From a bacterium (GTDB lineage Bacteria; Bacteroidota; Ignavibacteria; Kapaibacteriales; UBA7675): 38,628 nucleotides of DNA. Location: NCBI GenBank assembly GCA_030426285.1, contig JAUHYX010000002.1, positions 1 to 38,628 on the forward strand, written 5' to 3'. Below the pieces are notes generated by a model, which did no database searches, had not been told where the DNA came from, and saw nothing but the letters and a program-made list of their open reading frames with translations. This document shows positions 37,433 to 38,628 of this stretch, piece after piece. How positions within the stretch are numbered: position 1 is the first letter of the stretch; each line of letters begins with the position of its first letter. A program made the translations under genes and the position numbers.

Positions 37433-38041
37433 ATGAATACACCGTATAACCACACATTTTTTACGCAAGCTGAACTCGAGGGTCTGCTGCGCGACAGAGT
37501 AGATCCTGTAGAACTCACTAGGGTCATTAGTGCCTATGAGTTGGCAGAAAGTGTGCATGAATCACAAGTACGGCTAGACGAAAGCCCGTACTTCTTCCAC
37601 AGCACACGTGTGTGTAAAATAGTGTTGAAAGAGTTGCATATCGACGACCCAGATGTCTTATGTGCCGCACTTTTACACGATGTTCTCGAGGACTCAGATA
37701 CTATTACTCGATCGGTTCTTGAGTTCAATTTTGGTGAATATGTCGCATACATTGTTGAGACACTAACGAAAGACTTTGTTCAACATCGGCTCGACCCCGA
37801 TCAAACCGATGCAGACCACGTAAATCTTCTCAAACATTCCAGTGAAGATTGTTTACTCATCAAACTAGCTGTGCGGTTAGATAATTTTCGTTGCCTGCAG
37901 TTCGATTTAAAACGAAATCCAATGAAGTACATTACAAATACCCTGAATAGCTATGTGCCGTTGGCGAAAGACTCATCAAATGAGGCTTTGCAGAAACTAA
38001 CGGCTGCACTGCAACAGGAAAGCAATAAGTTTTTGGGATAA
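37433..38041 (+). CDS. Stand-alone RelA/SpoT-type HD-domain protein (small-alarmone-hydrolase-like)
   Basis: [36 protein letters not shown]...[15 protein letters not shown] matches the (p)ppGpp hydrolase HD domain of SpoT/RelA. At 202 aa it has no synthetase, TGS or ACT parts. Confidence 0.75.
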   Translation: MNTPYNHTFFTQAELEGLLRDRVDPVELTRVISAYELAESVHESQVRLDESPYFFHSTRVCKIVLKELHIDDPDVLCAALLHDVLEDSDTITRSVLEFNFGEYVAYIVETLTKDFVQHRLDPDQTDADHVNLLKHSSEDCLLIKLAVRLDNFRCLQFDLKRNPMKYITNTLNSYVPLAKDSSNEALQKLTAALQQESNKFLG

Positions 38042-38049
38042 TACACGCG

Positions 38050-38559
38050 ATGATGGATCAAACCTATTTCAACAAAGAAGATGTCTTAAAGTGTGCCAAC
38101 GGTGAACTCGATGGTTTCACAGGCAAGCTCCCCCTGCCCAACATGCTCATGATTGATAGAATCACGCATGTAGACAATGATGGTGGAGAATTTGGTAAGG
38201 GTCTTATAACAGCCGAGTTAGATATCAACCCGGATATGTGGTTTTTTGCCTGTCACTTTAAAGACGATCCGGTTATGCCAGGATGCCTCGGCCTAGACGC
38301 TTTGTGGCAGCTAACTGGTTTCCATTTGTGCTGGCAAGGATACCCTGGCATTGGGCGCGCACTTGGCGTGGGTGAAGTAAAGTTTGCCGGCCAGATACTT
38401 CCGACCGACAAACTTGTGAAGTTTCGCGTTGACATCAAGCGCGTAGTTGATAGAGGAATCACAATGATATTCGCCGATGGTTCTGTTGACCGCGACGGCG
38501 AGGTCATTTACACCGCCAAAAACATGCGCGTGTGCTTGATTGAGAACAATCAAGGTTGA
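38050..38559 (+). CDS. fabA: 3-hydroxyacyl-ACP dehydratase / trans-2-decenoyl-ACP isomerase FabA
   Basis: [12 protein letters not shown]...[37 protein letters not shown]...[13 protein letters not shown] is near-colinear with E. coli FabA, including the catalytic His (CHF) and Asp (GLDALWQ). Confidence 0.92.
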   Translation: MMDQTYFNKEDVLKCANGELDGFTGKLPLPNMLMIDRITHVDNDGGEFGKGLITAELDINPDMWFFACHFKDDPVMPGCLGLDALWQLTGFHLCWQGYPGIGRALGVGEVKFAGQILPTDKLVKFRVDIKRVVDRGITMIFADGSVDRDGEVIYTAKNMRVCLIENNQG

Positions 38560-38628
38560 TTTTTTAGTAGAAACACTTCTTTGATGACCGCAGAATACGA
38601 GCACAATGCGCCGATGGCATTGCCCTCA

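Noticed and set aside
38584-38628. A possible start of another gene after fabA (MTAEYEHNAPMALPS...)
   Set aside because: Only 15 codons are visible, with no resemblance to the FabB N-terminus or anything else I recognise. That is too short to call.
1-38628. A search for CRISPR arrays, tRNA/rRNA genes, IS elements, integrases, prophage genes, toxin-antitoxin pairs, restriction-modification or other defence genes
   Set aside because: None was found. Every ORF above roughly 150 aa that is not a shadow ORF has a confident housekeeping or envelope assignment. No spaced direct-repeat arrays or terminal inverted repeats were seen apart from the 54-nt kdsA event.

Overview
This is a core-chromosome window from a Gram-negative bacterium. 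Gene content and order look FCB-superphylum-like (Bacteroidota/Ignavibacteriota/Balneolota type), but I cannot narrow this without a database search. Shine-Dalgarno sites (GGAG/GAGG) are clearly used, and TGA is an ordinary stop. Almost everything is housekeeping, and most of it is on the minus strand. In coordinate order the window holds: a partial M14-like secreted protein missing from the ORF track; a propeller-sensor LytS-type kinase with a LytTR regulator; UDP-xylose synthase and ruvB; a peptidase-MA/TolB-propeller/Omp85 envelope protein split into two ORFs; the classic yceD-rpmF-plsX-fabH-fabD-fabG-acpP-fabF block plus rnc; a STAS/ExbB-ExbD-ExbD-TonB/small membrane protein/PstS-like lipoprotein/TPR block; prmC; carB; pyrB; hup; a kdsA-lptC-tpiA-pgsA::pgpA string; then on the plus strand ftsK, recN, a SpoT-type HD hydrolase and fabA. 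I see no tRNA or rRNA genes, CRISPR arrays, transposases, integrases, toxin-antitoxin pairs or defence-island genes, and I cannot honestly name a new multi-gene system here. Four items deserve a second look. (1) kdsA is interrupted by an in-frame 54-nt duplication-inversion that introduces a TGA and a new ATG. (2) The envelope protein split looks like a 1-nt frameshift at an ATGA junction. (3) A single ORF fuses a CDP-alcohol phosphatidyltransferase to PgpA. (4) The ExbBD-TonB block is tied to a PstS-like lipoprotein, a TPR protein and a STAS protein. Several starts in the ORF track use TTG/GTG, and I moved them to ATG codons that have an SD site or better N-terminal colinearity.
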